Below are positions 9,020-19,425 of a stretch of 64,000 nucleotides of DNA, piece after piece. A program made the position numbers and the translations under genes. The stretch covers positions 10,925 through 74,924 of the forward strand of contig JAQICB010000151.1 in the NCBI GenBank assembly GCA_027858745.1, in the 5' to 3' direction. The notes under the pieces were generated by a model. That model was given only the letters and a program-made list of their open reading frames with translations. It searched no databases and was not told where the DNA came from. This stretch comes from Bacteroidales bacterium (GTDB lineage: Bacteria; Bacteroidota; Bacteroidia; Bacteroidales; UBA1715). The stretch's first letter is position 1. Every line of letters begins with the position of its first letter.

Positions 9020-10138
9020 TTATGCTTTATATGATGAGATAACCTGACAAATATATTCAATTTGTTCGTGGCTTAGTTCAGTATGCATTGGTAAACTGAT
9101 AACTGAACGAGATAATTGCTTAGAAACCGGACATGCTTTTGGTTTGAATTCGAGTAAAGCTTTTTGTTCATGCATCGGTACCGGATAGTAAATCATGCTT
9201 GGAATACCTTGTTCTCGTAAATATGTTTGAAAAGCAGCATTGTTCCCATCAATTTTAATGGTGTATTGATGAAAAACATGTGTTGAGTGTTCCTGAAAAA
9301 CCGGGGTTTGAATCCATGAAATTGATGACAATAATTCTGTGTATTGTGCAGCTGCCTTTTTTCGAGCTTCGTTGTATGCATCAATATGTTGGAGTTTTGT
9401 ACGCAGAATAGCAGCTTGTATCGTATCGAGACGAGAATTAATGCCAATTTGAGAATGATAATATTTTTTAAGAGAGCCATGATTTGCGAGGGCTCGAATG
9501 GTATCTGCTTTTTCGGTGTCATGGGTGAAAATAGCACCACCATCACCAAAGCACCCTAAATTTTTTGAGGGAAAAAACGAGGTGCATCCAATGTCACCGA
9601 TTGTGCCTAATTTTCTTGCTTTCCCTTTGTATACATATTCTGCACCAAAACATTGGGCGGCATCTTCAATAACATACAAATTATGCTTGTGTGCAATGCG
9701 CATAATCGTGTTCATATCTGCTGCTTGACCAAATAAATGAACCGGCATAATTGCTTTTGTTCGCGGGCTAATTGCTTCGATAATTTTTTCGCAGTCAATC
9801 GTATACGTATCCGGATTTACATCAACCAGAACCGGCACTAAACCCACACGAGCAATAGCTTCTGCTGTTGCAATAAATGTAAAATCAGAGGTTATTACTT
9901 CACTTCCGGGTTCAAGTTCGAGCGATAGCAATGCTAGCGTTAATGCATCAGTTCCATTTGCACAGGTAATAGCGTACGAACAACCTAAATACTGTTGCAG
10001 TTCCTTCTGAAACTCTTTTACATCAGAACCGTTAATAAATGCAGATTGTGAAATAACTCTCGATATAGCTGCATCAACTTCCGCTTGAATGTGTTTGTAT
10101 TGACCTTGTAGGTCAACCATTTGAATAGCAGGTTTCAT
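9020..10138 (-). CDS. DegT/DnrJ/EryC1/StrS family sugar aminotransferase
   Basis: 372 aa. Typical N-terminus (VDLQGQY...I..A...V..S..FI.G..V..FE.E), the PLP-lysine region SFFPSKNLG, and LPMH near the C-terminus. Confidence 0.9.
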   Translation of the reverse strand: MKPAIQMVDLQGQYKHIQAEVDAAISRVISQSAFINGSDVKEFQKELQQYLGCSYAITCANGTDALTLALLSLELEPGSEVITSDFTFIATAEAIARVGLVPVLVDVNPDTYTIDCEKIIEAISPRTKAIMPVHLFGQAADMNTIMRIAHKHNLYVIEDAAQCFGAEYVYKGKARKLGTIGDIGCTSFFPSKNLGCFGDGGAIFTHDTEKADTIRALANHGSLKKYYHSQIGINSRLDTIQAAILRTKLQHIDAYNEARKKAAAQYTELLSSISWIQTPVFQEHSTHVFHQYTIKIDGNNAAFQTYLREQGIPSMIYYPVPMHEQKALLEFKPKACPVSKQLSRSVISLPMHTELSHEQIEYICQVISSYKA

Positions 10139-10147
10139 GTATTCAAC

Positions 10148-10465
10148 TTATAATAATCCTAATTTTAATTTCCCCTCTTCACTTATCATTTCTTTGTCCC
10201 ATGGTGGGTCAAAGGTAAGGTCAACAAATACATTTTCAACACCTTCAATCAACATTAATCTATTTTGAATTTGATAAATAATCACATCTGTCATCGGGCA
10301 ATTTGGTGACGTTAAGGTCATTAAAATAGAAACTTCGGGTAATTTGTCGAGATTTATTTCATATATTAATCCTAAATCATAAATATTTACCGGTATTTCC
10401 GGGTCGTATATTGATGATAAGGTGGTAATTATTTCTTCTTCGAGTTGTTTTACTTCAGCAGTCAT
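10148..10465 (-). CDS. DUF59/SufT-like Fe-S cluster assembly protein
   Basis: About 105 aa. Pattern IYDPEIPVNIYDLGLIY...TLTSPNCPM is typical of the MIP18/SufT family. ATG at 10465 sits 1 nt after the upstream sufE-like stop. Confidence 0.75.
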   Translation of the reverse strand: MTAEVKQLEEEIITTLSSIYDPEIPVNIYDLGLIYEINLDKLPEVSILMTLTSPNCPMTDVIIYQIQNRLMLIEGVENVFVDLTFDPPWDKEMISEEGKLKLGLL

Positions 10466-10466
10466 A

Positions 10467-10889
10467 TCATTTGTTTTTATGATTATATGCAATTGCATAT
10501 AGTTTCATTTGTTTTATCATTGCCACCAAGCCGTTTGACCGGGTTGGCGAAAGATTTTCTTTTAAGCCGATTTCTTCTATAAAATACAAATCAGCATTCA
10601 TAACATCCTCGGGCTTTTGCTCTGAAAGTACCCGTATGAGTAGGGCAACAATTCCTTTCGTAATTACCGCATCACTATCGGCAGTGTAAATAATTACACC
10701 ATTTTTATAGTCGGCAGCTAACCATACTTGCGATTGACAGCCTTTTATGAGATATTTTTCCGTTTTGTACGCATCATCTATAATCGGCAAGTTGTTGCTT
10801 AAGTCAATAAGATACTGGTATTTGTCGAGCCAGTCGTCAAAAATTGTAAACTCTTCAATTATAGTATCTTGAATTTCGTTTATTGTCAT
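10467..10889 (-). CDS. sufE: SufE-family sulfur acceptor protein
   Basis: 140 aa. Conserved GCQSQVWL cysteine loop and typical SufE length. Confidence 0.85.
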   Translation of the reverse strand: MTINEIQDTIIEEFTIFDDWLDKYQYLIDLSNNLPIIDDAYKTEKYLIKGCQSQVWLAADYKNGVIIYTADSDAVITKGIVALLIRVLSEQKPEDVMNADLYFIEEIGLKENLSPTRSNGLVAMIKQMKLYAIAYNHKNK

Positions 10890-10996
10890 ATGTTAATTAT
10901 TTTTTGAACAAAGGTAAAAATTTATATAGGTAACATACTCTATCATTCGTACTATTTTGTCAAAAATATGTACGAAACATTACAAAAAAATCGTAC

Positions 10997-11359
10997 TTAT
11001 GATGCTTTCTGCGTTAACTGTACACTTACCGATTTCATTTTTCCACCAATTGGCGGTGCAAGTTTTGCAACTTTTATTGTTGCAGATATAAGCTGTGTAG
11101 AAAAGTGTGCAAATAACTCATCTAATATTCGTTTGCATACATGTTCTAAAAGTGCCGAAGGAATCGCCATTTCGTGTTTTATAATTTCGTATGCTGTTTG
11201 GTAATTAAGTGCGTCAGCAATAGTATCTGATTCTGCCGCATGTGAACAATCAGCTTCTAATCGTGCATTAACGGTGAAATAATTCCCTACAAGTTGCTCT
11301 GATTTAAAACAACCGTGATAGGAAAAAAACTCCATATCTTCAATTTTAATTATTCCCAT
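10997..11359 (-). CDS. folB: Dihydroneopterin aldolase
   Basis: 120 aa. The start I.I..mEFfsyHG....E...Gn.F.V and the DtI.dalNY pattern match FolB. Confidence 0.85.
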   Translation of the reverse strand: MGIIKIEDMEFFSYHGCFKSEQLVGNYFTVNARLEADCSHAAESDTIADALNYQTAYEIIKHEMAIPSALLEHVCKRILDELFAHFSTQLISATIKVAKLAPPIGGKMKSVSVQLTQKAS

Positions 11360-11472
11360 AGATTTTTTTTTGCGAAAAATAATTTTTTTTTGTCAAAAAA
11401 CAGGTAAATAGATTAATGAACTGTAAAATAAATACAAGATAATGTTATTTTTGCATAAAATATTGAAAAGTT

Positions 11473-13164
11473 ATGGCTGAAAATTCAACAGAACACAAAA
11501 AATCTCTTCACTTTATAGAACAACTTATTGAGGAAGATCTAAAAATATATCCGCATATTGTAACACGTTTTCCACCCGAACCAAATGGGTATTTGCATAT
11601 TGGACATGCAAAATCAATTTGTTTGAATTTTGGTATGGCTGAACAATATGGTGGCTATTGTAATTTGCGGTTTGATGATACCAATCCTATTCGTGAAACA
11701 ATTGAATATGTGGAAGCAATCAAGAAAGATGTTGAGTGGCTTGGTTTTGAATGGGAAAATGAATTGTATGCCTCTGAATATTTTGAACAATTGTATGAAT
11801 GGGCAGTTTTGCTTATTACAAAAGGCAAAGCATATGTATGTAATATGTCGGTTGATGAAATTGCAGAAAGTAGAGGTACGCCAACTATTCCCGGAAAAGA
11901 AAGCCCGTATAGAAATCGTTCTGTTGAAGAAAACATAGATTTATTTGCTCGTATGCGTCAAGGTGAATTTGCCGATGGCGAATGTATGTTGCGTGCTAAA
12001 ATTGATATGACTTCTCCCAATATGCATATGCGTGATCCTATTATGTATAGAATTCGCCATGCTCATCATCACCGTACCGGCGATAAGTGGTGCATCTATC
12101 CAATGTATGATTTTGCTCACGGTGAATCGGATTTTATTGAAGGTATAAGTCATTCGTTTTGTACCCTCGAATTTGAAGTTCACCGCCCTCTCTATGAGTG
12201 GTTTTTGGAGCAAATAGCAGAGCCGGGACAACGAGTTCCCAAACAGCGAGAATTTGCTCGTCTTAATTTAAATTATACCGTGATGAGCAAACGAAAACTT
12301 TTACAATTAGTAGAAGAAAAGCATGTTCAATCTTGGGATGATCCTCGTATGCCAACTATTTCAGGTTTACGTCGTCGTGGATATACTCCTGAATCTATTC
12401 GTAATTTTTCTGCAAAAGTTGGGGTTTCGAAACGCGAAAATGTGATTGACGTTGCTCTGCTTGAACATTGTGTGCGAGAAGATCTTAATGCTGCCAGTCC
12501 GCGAATTATGGCTGTACTTAATCCTTTAAAAGTGGTGTTGACAAATTATCCTGAAAATGAATCAGAATTAGTGTACGGCATTTCAAATCCGGAAGATGAA
12601 CAGTCTGAAAAACGCGCAATTCCATTTTCTCGTGAATTATATATTGAGCATACAGACTTTATGGAAGATGCTCCGAAAAAGTTTTTCCGTCTCGCTCCCG
12701 GTCGTGAAGTGCGACTCAAATATGGATATATTATAAAGTGTGAAGATGTTATAAAAGACGATGCGGGAAATATTATTGAACTCCATTGCACCTACGACCC
12801 AAAATCGAAAAGTGGAAGCGGCACCGAAGAGTCAAAACGAAAAGTAAAAGGAACGATTCATTGGGTTTCAATAGCTGATGCAATTGAAACCGAAGTGCGA
12901 TTATACGACCGATTGTTTTCTGTGGAAAATCCTTTGAATGCTGAAGATGGGAAAGATTTTCTTGAGTATATAAATCCGGATTCTTTGCAAATTACTCGTG
13001 CTTTGGTAGAACCATCAATTAAAGGGGTAGAAGTTGGATACAAATGCCAGTTTGAACGCACAGGTTATTTTTGTGTAGACCCAGATTCTACCCAAGAAAA
13101 TTTGGTGTTTAATCGAACAGTAAGCCTACGAGACGCATGGGCTAAGCAGTCGCAGAAAAAATAG
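11473..13164 (+). CDS. glnS: Glutamine--tRNA ligase
   Basis: 563 aa. Class I HIGH ([12 protein letters not shown]) and KMSKS (VMSKRKL) motifs, with GlnRS-type C-terminal beta-barrel domains. Confidence 0.95.
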   Translation: MAENSTEHKKSLHFIEQLIEEDLKIYPHIVTRFPPEPNGYLHIGHAKSICLNFGMAEQYGGYCNLRFDDTNPIRETIEYVEAIKKDVEWLGFEWENELYASEYFEQLYEWAVLLITKGKAYVCNMSVDEIAESRGTPTIPGKESPYRNRSVEENIDLFARMRQGEFADGECMLRAKIDMTSPNMHMRDPIMYRIRHAHHHRTGDKWCIYPMYDFAHGESDFIEGISHSFCTLEFEVHRPLYEWFLEQIAEPGQRVPKQREFARLNLNYTVMSKRKLLQLVEEKHVQSWDDPRMPTISGLRRRGYTPESIRNFSAKVGVSKRENVIDVALLEHCVREDLNAASPRIMAVLNPLKVVLTNYPENESELVYGISNPEDEQSEKRAIPFSRELYIEHTDFMEDAPKKFFRLAPGREVRLKYGYIIKCEDVIKDDAGNIIELHCTYDPKSKSGSGTEESKRKVKGTIHWVSIADAIETEVRLYDRLFSVENPLNAEDGKDFLEYINPDSLQITRALVEPSIKGVEVGYKCQFERTGYFCVDPDSTQENLVFNRTVSLRDAWAKQSQKK

Positions 13165-13178
13165 GAGCAAAGGTTTTT

Positions 13179-13514
13179 TTATTCGTATGGTATAAAGCTG
13201 TCGGTTTTTTCGTTACGTTCATATTCTGAACCGATTTTGTGTTTAAGGTATGGAATGATTGCCGGATCTATATTTGCAATATAGTTTACTTCGAACATCA
13301 TAATATTCATATTGTTTTCCAGATACTCATCAGTTTCGTCGCCGGCTAAAAACCTCCATCCACTATCTTCGGGAGTTTCTCGTTGCTCCCGATACATAAA
13401 TTCAACTTTGCATCCGTCAACCGTTATTCTGTCCGATGCAATGCAATATCCCATAGGCGAAACTAATTCTTGAATTTTATCCGTTGGTAGTATATATCGT
13501 CCGTTATCTTTCAT
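13179..13514 (-). CDS. DUF2185-like small protein (immunity-protein-like fold family)
   Basis: About 111 aa from ATG at 13514 (the ORF-track start at 13577 is less likely). The motif YREQ...EDSGWRFLAGDETDEYL...N......N.IANIDPAIIPYL matches my recollection of the DUF2185 family. Confidence 0.55.
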   Translation of the reverse strand: MKDNGRYILPTDKIQELVSPMGYCIASDRITVDGCKVEFMYREQRETPEDSGWRFLAGDETDEYLENNMNIMMFEVNYIANIDPAIIPYLKHKIGSEYERNEKTDSFIPYE

Positions 13515-13595
13515 ATGTTTTTTTTTCAAAAATACAGTTTTTGTGTTAACAAACATACAATTGAATCCTGAATTCAATATAATTTTTCTGATTTT

Positions 13596-13732
13596 CTGCG
13601 TTAAATTATTTCACAATAGCTCGCTATTATTCAATAATTTGCCGTGATAAACAGTTTTTTATATCAACCGAGGACAAAGGACGAGCTCAGCGGAGCTAAT
13701 CTGAACTCGAAAAATTATGTCGAACTCAGGTT
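13596..13732 (-). repeat. Modular intergenic repeat, copy 5 (C-B-A, inverted)
   Basis: Reverse complement reads aacctgagttcgacataatttttcgagttcagattagctccgctgagctcgtcctttgtcctcggttgatataaaaaactgtttatcacggcaaattattgaataatagcgagctattgtgaaataatttaacgcag. This is near-identical to copy 1. Confidence 0.85.
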
Positions 13733-13893
13733 ATCATTCAAAAACAAATATTGATAATCAGTGTTTTATGTTGATTTATCTCAGTTAAAAAAGATTCCGA
13801 ACAGTAAAATTTACGGTGAACACAGCTTTGAAAAAAAAACTAAACATCTCTTCTTGTAAATACCAATAATTAGATTATTTTTGCATCATAAAC

Positions 13894-13967
13894 GGCTCCG
13901 TAGTTCAACTGAATAGAATATCAGATTTCGGCTCTGAGGGTTGCAGGTTTGAATCCTGCCGGAGTCA
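13894..13967 (+). tRNA. tRNA-Arg (anticodon TCG) with atypical elbow nucleotides
   Basis: Acceptor GGCTCCG/CGGAGTC. D arm GTTC-AACTGAATA-GAAT. Anticodon stem TCAGA/TCTGA with loop TTTCGGC. Variable region GGGTT. T arm GCAGG-TTTGAAT-CCTGC. Discriminator A. The D-loop has GA instead of GG, and the T-loop has TTT instead of TTC. Confidence 0.8.
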
Positions 13968-13971
13968 CAGA

Positions 13972-14022
13972 AACAGAGTAAGAGTAAAAGATGTATATCT
14001 AATCTCTTCTCTGTTTTTTTTT
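13972..14022 (+). terminator. Rho-independent terminator after tRNA-Arg(TCG)
   Basis: Stem aacagagtaagag / ctcttctctgtt (12 bp with one bulge), 19-nt loop, followed by a T9 run. Confidence 0.6.
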
Positions 14023-14127
14023 GTTTTTTACAGGTGTAAAAAAAGCATAAATTGTGTCGTAATCGTTCGGGATTTGTTAACTTGCTTTTGATTCGAGATT
14101 TATTAATTTTGATAAAAAAATACGATT

Positions 14128-15258
14128 GTGGATATAGCGATAAATACAAGATTTCTTATAAAAGATAAGCTCGAAGGTATAGGGAGATTTACCTTCGAAA
14201 CAATTAAACGCATGTGCGAAAATCACCCGGAACATACATTTTATTTGTTGTTCGACCGCATGTATGATACTGAGTATGTGTTTGCCCAAAATGTGAAACC
14301 GGTGATTGTGCCGTTTCAAGCTCGTCATCCCTTATTGTGGAAATTTTGGTTTCATGTGCAATTACCGCGAGTGATAAAGAAAATTAACCCAGATATTTTT
14401 ATTTCAACAGACGGTTATGTGCCAAGTGGTATTTCTATGCCGATTGTGAATGTTATTCATGACTTGAATTTTGAACATAACCCGCATCATATTCCAAGTG
14501 GAGTTTTGCGGTATTATAAAAAATATTTTCCCTTATATGCAGCTGCGTCTACGAGAATTGCAACTGTGTCTGAATTTTCGAAGCAAGATATTGCATCAAA
14601 ATATAATTTACCGACAGAAATTATTGATGTAGTTTATAATGGTATAAGCGATGGGTTTTCGCCACTTAACGAGGAACAAAAAAAATCAATAAAGCAGAAT
14701 TATGCTGATGGTAATGAATACTTTATGTATATTGGTTCCTTGCATCCGCGAAAAAATATTGCTCGCTTATTGGAGGCTTTTGAACAGTTTAAACAGGATA
14801 CCGATTCGCCTATTAAATTACTTATTGTCGGCGAAGAAATGTTTTATTCCAAAGCCATACAAAGAGCATATACGAATAATGCCTATAACCACGATGTGAT
14901 TTTTACGGGACGTGTTTCGGATACTGAATTAGCATTATTGTTAGGGGCTGCATGTGCACTCACATATGTTCCCTTGTTTGAGGGGTTTGGTATTCCTATT
15001 TTAGAGGCATTTGCTTGCGATGTGCCGGTTATTACGTCCAACTGCACATCTATGCCCGAAGTTGCCGGAGAAGCCGCATTGTTGTGCGACCCCCGAGATG
15101 TTGCCGATATTTCTCGTGCAATGAAGCGTATTACCGAAGATGATGCTCTACGAACCGAATTGGTTAATCGAGCGCGCATTCAACGAGATAAATTTTCGTG
15201 GGATAAAACAGCAGATTTGTTGTGGCAGTCGGTTATAAAAAGTTATGAGAAAAATTAG
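14128..15258 (+). CDS. Glycosyltransferase family 4 (GT-B, Glycos_transf_1)
   Basis: 376 aa. C-terminal EGFGIPILEAFACDVPVITSN motif (the E-x7-E region) typical of GT4 retaining transferases. GTG start. Confidence 0.85.
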   Translation: MDIAINTRFLIKDKLEGIGRFTFETIKRMCENHPEHTFYLLFDRMYDTEYVFAQNVKPVIVPFQARHPLLWKFWFHVQLPRVIKKINPDIFISTDGYVPSGISMPIVNVIHDLNFEHNPHHIPSGVLRYYKKYFPLYAAASTRIATVSEFSKQDIASKYNLPTEIIDVVYNGISDGFSPLNEEQKKSIKQNYADGNEYFMYIGSLHPRKNIARLLEAFEQFKQDTDSPIKLLIVGEEMFYSKAIQRAYTNNAYNHDVIFTGRVSDTELALLLGAACALTYVPLFEGFGIPILEAFACDVPVITSNCTSMPEVAGEAALLCDPRDVADISRAMKRITEDDALRTELVNRARIQRDKFSWDKTADLLWQSVIKSYEKN

Positions 15259-16417
15259 AGCTCATTATATTTTTGATGGTTTTCGGTTTCGAAAAAATGC
15301 ACAACTTGTTGTTTCTGATGATGGCGTAGTTCAAGATATATATTCTGTGCCCGAACCAATTGAGGAGGAAGCCGGTGTTGAATTTTATGCAGGGATAATC
15401 AGTCCCGGCTTTGTCAATGCACATTGTCATTTAGAACTATCGAATTTGCAGACACACATTCCGCAAAAAACCGGATTGCCCGATTTTGTTTCCTCCGTTG
15501 CTCGTTTAAAAAAAGAAATTCCTTTTTCCGAAGATGCCTGTAAAGAGACAGATGAATTAATGTGGAATAATGGTATAGTTGCCGTTGGTGATATCTCAAA
15601 TTTTTCTGATACGTTTGCACTCAAAGAGACCAGCCCTATTCAGTATCATACATTTATAGAATTATTTGATTTGCATGAAGATTCTCGTGCTGAATATGAG
15701 CGAGGAAAAAAACTCTTTAAATCATACTTACAACGAAAACACGTATCTCTTTCTCCACACGCTCCCTATTCGTGTTCACGTAAATTATGTGCAAAAATAG
15801 AAGCACATGCAGTTGATTATGAATATCCGGTAACAATACATAATCAAGAGCATGAATCGGAAAATGAAATGTTTTCGAAACATTCGGGACAATTATTTCA
15901 AGTGTTTCAGAAAGAGTTGACTCATCCAATTTTACACACGACGTATCCCTCTTCACTTCGCTTTTCTGCCGGAGCTTTTGAGCAGGTTCGCCATATGTTG
16001 TTTGTACACAATGTGTATATGTCCGAATACGATATCCGTTTTTTGCTTGAGGAACGAGGTGCTCAACATTTTACCTGTGTTGTATGTCTGTGTAGCAATA
16101 TGTATATACATGATGAATTGCCACCGCTCCCTTTGTTTTTGAAATATTCGGTGCAGTGGGCAATTGGCACCGATAGTTTAGCTTCGAATACTGATGTGTC
16201 AATGATACGCGAGATGTTGTCTCTTCAACAGGCATTTCCTGAAGTTTCGCTCAATCAATTACTTCATGCAGCTACGTATAGAGGTGCATATGCGTTAAAT
16301 CTACAGAGTCGTTTTGGTCAATTTTCGAAAGGGAAAAAACCGGGTGTTATTTTGATAGAACAGCTTGATTTACAAAATATGCGATTAACCCCGGAAACGA
16401 AGGTTCGTATGATATAA
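15245..16417 (+). CDS. Amidohydrolase-family metal-dependent hydrolase
   Basis: 390 aa. The HxH metal motif (GFVNAHCHLELS) near aa 58 and a late GTDS motif fit the amidohydrolase/chlorohydrolase-deaminase superfamily. Substrate is not assignable from sequence. Confidence 0.65.
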   Translation: MRKIRAHYIFDGFRFRKNAQLVVSDDGVVQDIYSVPEPIEEEAGVEFYAGIISPGFVNAHCHLELSNLQTHIPQKTGLPDFVSSVARLKKEIPFSEDACKETDELMWNNGIVAVGDISNFSDTFALKETSPIQYHTFIELFDLHEDSRAEYERGKKLFKSYLQRKHVSLSPHAPYSCSRKLCAKIEAHAVDYEYPVTIHNQEHESENEMFSKHSGQLFQVFQKELTHPILHTTYPSSLRFSAGAFEQVRHMLFVHNVYMSEYDIRFLLEERGAQHFTCVVCLCSNMYIHDELPPLPLFLKYSVQWAIGTDSLASNTDVSMIREMLSLQQAFPEVSLNQLLHAATYRGAYALNLQSRFGQFSKGKKPGVILIEQLDLQNMRLTPETKVRMI

Positions 16418-16866
16418 TAACAGACAGAAAGATATCCTGTTATTAACTAACAGAGTTAATTTGCTGTGCTTTCGAATCATTTCGTATCGCTTTGTGAATA
16501 ACACCGAAGATTAAAAAATAAAGTGCATTTATAATGCAACAAAAAAGTCTAATACCATGCAACTCTTTAAATATATAGAAGAATCGATTTTTTTTCGCAT
16601 GTGCGAGTAAAAAACATCTTTGTACTAGTTTTAGTATAAGAGCCTAAATATATGAGGAAAATCTGTTGAAAATAATGAACTATCAATGTTTGTTAAATTT
16701 CGTAAGCATTTTTATTCGTGTTATTGATTAATAATCAAGAGTCTCGTAATTTTTAGGAATCTCTCTTGAAAAAATCGGTTTTTACGATAATTATTGATAA
16801 TTTTGTATAGTAAAAAAACAAGATATTTTACAATAATACGAATTAACAAAATAAAAAATAATACAT

Positions 16867-17478
16867 ATGTTTTCAGGAATTATAGAAGAATTTGCAGTAG
16901 TGCAAAACATTGAACATGATAAAGAAAATGTGCATATCACATTGTCATGCAGTTTTGTAGATGAATTAGATATCGATCAAAGTATTTCTCACAATGGAGT
17001 ATGTTTAACGGTAGTAAAAAAAGATGCAACAACATATACGGTAACAGCTATTAAAGAAACCTTGCTTAAATCTAATTTAGGCGATTTGCATATTGGCGGA
17101 AAAGTTAATCTTGAACGCAGTATGCCTATGAATGGTCGCTTGGATGGGCATATTGTACAGGGGCATGTCGATCAAACGGCTGTCTGTGCCGATGTTACCG
17201 AAGCTGATGGGAGTTGGTATTATACATTCGAATATGAGCCGAGCCAAGCAGATTATATTACCGTTGAAAAAGGATCGGTTAGCGTTAACGGCGTAAGTCT
17301 TACAGTTGTGAATTCTAAACATAAGTCTTTTCAGGTTGCCATTATTCCGTACACATATGATTATACAAATTTTCATGAAATTTTACCCGGAACCAAAGTG
17401 AATTTGGAATTCGATATTATCGGAAAATATATTGCTAAATATCTTCAACTACAAGGTAACAGTGGCAATAACGAATAA
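16867..17478 (+). CDS. ribE: Riboflavin synthase
   Basis: 203 aa. MFSGIIEE start and duplicated lumazine-binding halves (GVCLTV / GVSLTV). Confidence 0.9.
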   Translation: MFSGIIEEFAVVQNIEHDKENVHITLSCSFVDELDIDQSISHNGVCLTVVKKDATTYTVTAIKETLLKSNLGDLHIGGKVNLERSMPMNGRLDGHIVQGHVDQTAVCADVTEADGSWYYTFEYEPSQADYITVEKGSVSVNGVSLTVVNSKHKSFQVAIIPYTYDYTNFHEILPGTKVNLEFDIIGKYIAKYLQLQGNSGNNE

Positions 17479-17487
17479 TTTTGTGTG

Positions 17488-18183
17488 ATGATTCGTTCAT
17501 TGTTTTCGCATATATTTCACTTGTTTTATCCTGACAATTGTGTTGTATGTGGAGGACAGTTGCGAATGAGCGAACGGGTTATGTGTTCGGCTTGTTTAAT
17601 AGATATTCCACGCATTTATTTTCATAATACGGAACGCAATCCATTGGAGGAATTGTTGTGGGGGCAAATTCCGTATGTACGAGCAAGTTCTCTATTTTAT
17701 TATTTTAAGGACAATACCTATTCTTCGCTCATATATGACTTGAAATATAAGAACAGACCCGATATTGGAGTTTTTTTAGGTGAATTATGTGCCGATGAAT
17801 TGTCTGCATCCGGTTTTTTTGAAGACATAGATTATATTGTCCCTATACCACTCCATAGAAAACGGCTTCGTAGTCGAGGATACAATCAAAGTGAAAAAAT
17901 TGCAGAAGGCTTATCTGTATATTCAGGTATACCTGTCTTACCGAAATTGATAAAACGTACTGTACATACCCAAACCCAAACGCAAAAAAACAAAGAAGAA
18001 CGGATGCGGAATGTGAGCAATATTTTTAAAGTTACCCGACCGCAGCAGGTTCATAATAAGCATATATTAGTAATAGATGACATTATTACCACTGGAGCAA
18101 CAACTATATCGTGTACGCAATCATTGATAGAAGCAGACTCCTCAATTAAGGTAAGTATCGTGTCATTGGGCTTGGCGAGGTAA
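17488..18183 (+). CDS. ComF family protein (phosphoribosyltransferase fold)
   Basis: N-terminal CxxC...CxxC zinc-finger (CVVCGG...CSAC) and a C-terminal PRTase motif ILVIDDIITTGATT. The ORF-track start is the adjacent GTG at 17485. Confidence 0.8.
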   Translation: MIRSLFSHIFHLFYPDNCVVCGGQLRMSERVMCSACLIDIPRIYFHNTERNPLEELLWGQIPYVRASSLFYYFKDNTYSSLIYDLKYKNRPDIGVFLGELCADELSASGFFEDIDYIVPIPLHRKRLRSRGYNQSEKIAEGLSVYSGIPVLPKLIKRTVHTQTQTQKNKEERMRNVSNIFKVTRPQQVHNKHILVIDDIITTGATTISCTQSLIEADSSIKVSIVSLGLAR

Positions 18184-18184
18184 A

Positions 18185-18220
18185 TAAAAAAAGCCCACTT
18201 AAAAATAAGCAGGCTTTTTA
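18185..18220. terminator. Putative bidirectional terminator between comF-like and gap
   Basis: A-run, then an imperfect stem agcccactt / aagcaggct (7 of 9 pairs) with a 6-nt loop, then a T-run. Lies between convergent genes. Confidence 0.45.
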
Positions 18221-18243
18221 TAAAATGATATAAATAAATTCAA

Positions 18244-19275
<1,032 letters not shown>

Positions 19276-19295
19276 TTAAACTTTTTAAACGTCGA

Positions 19296-19326
19296 CAAAT
19301 TTATATAATTCTCATTAATAGCCAAA
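19296..19326 (-). promoter_or_regulatory. Candidate Bacteroidota-type promoter for gap
   Basis: The minus strand reads TTTG, then 19 nt, then TAAATTTG, which fits the TTTG / TAnnTTTG consensus and its 19-21 nt spacing. The -7 box ends 47 nt upstream of the gap ATG. Confidence 0.4.
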
Positions 19327-19425
19327 TATTTAAGTATGTAAATGTTGTACCGTCAACTAAAATTCATCAGGTATTTTTCTGATGAAATAGTGTTTTTTTT
19401 GGATAAAGGACATTAAAATAGTTAT

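Noticed and set aside
9193-9549. 118-aa minus-strand ORF and two plus-strand ORFs within the DegT aminotransferase gene
   Set aside because: They are out-of-frame or antisense overlaps of a strongly supported CDS.
13886-14328. Two minus-strand ORFs (87 aa and 83 aa)
   Set aside because: They overlap the tRNA-Arg(TCG) gene, its terminator and the 5' end of the GT4 gene. Their composition is that of translated non-coding or antisense sequence.
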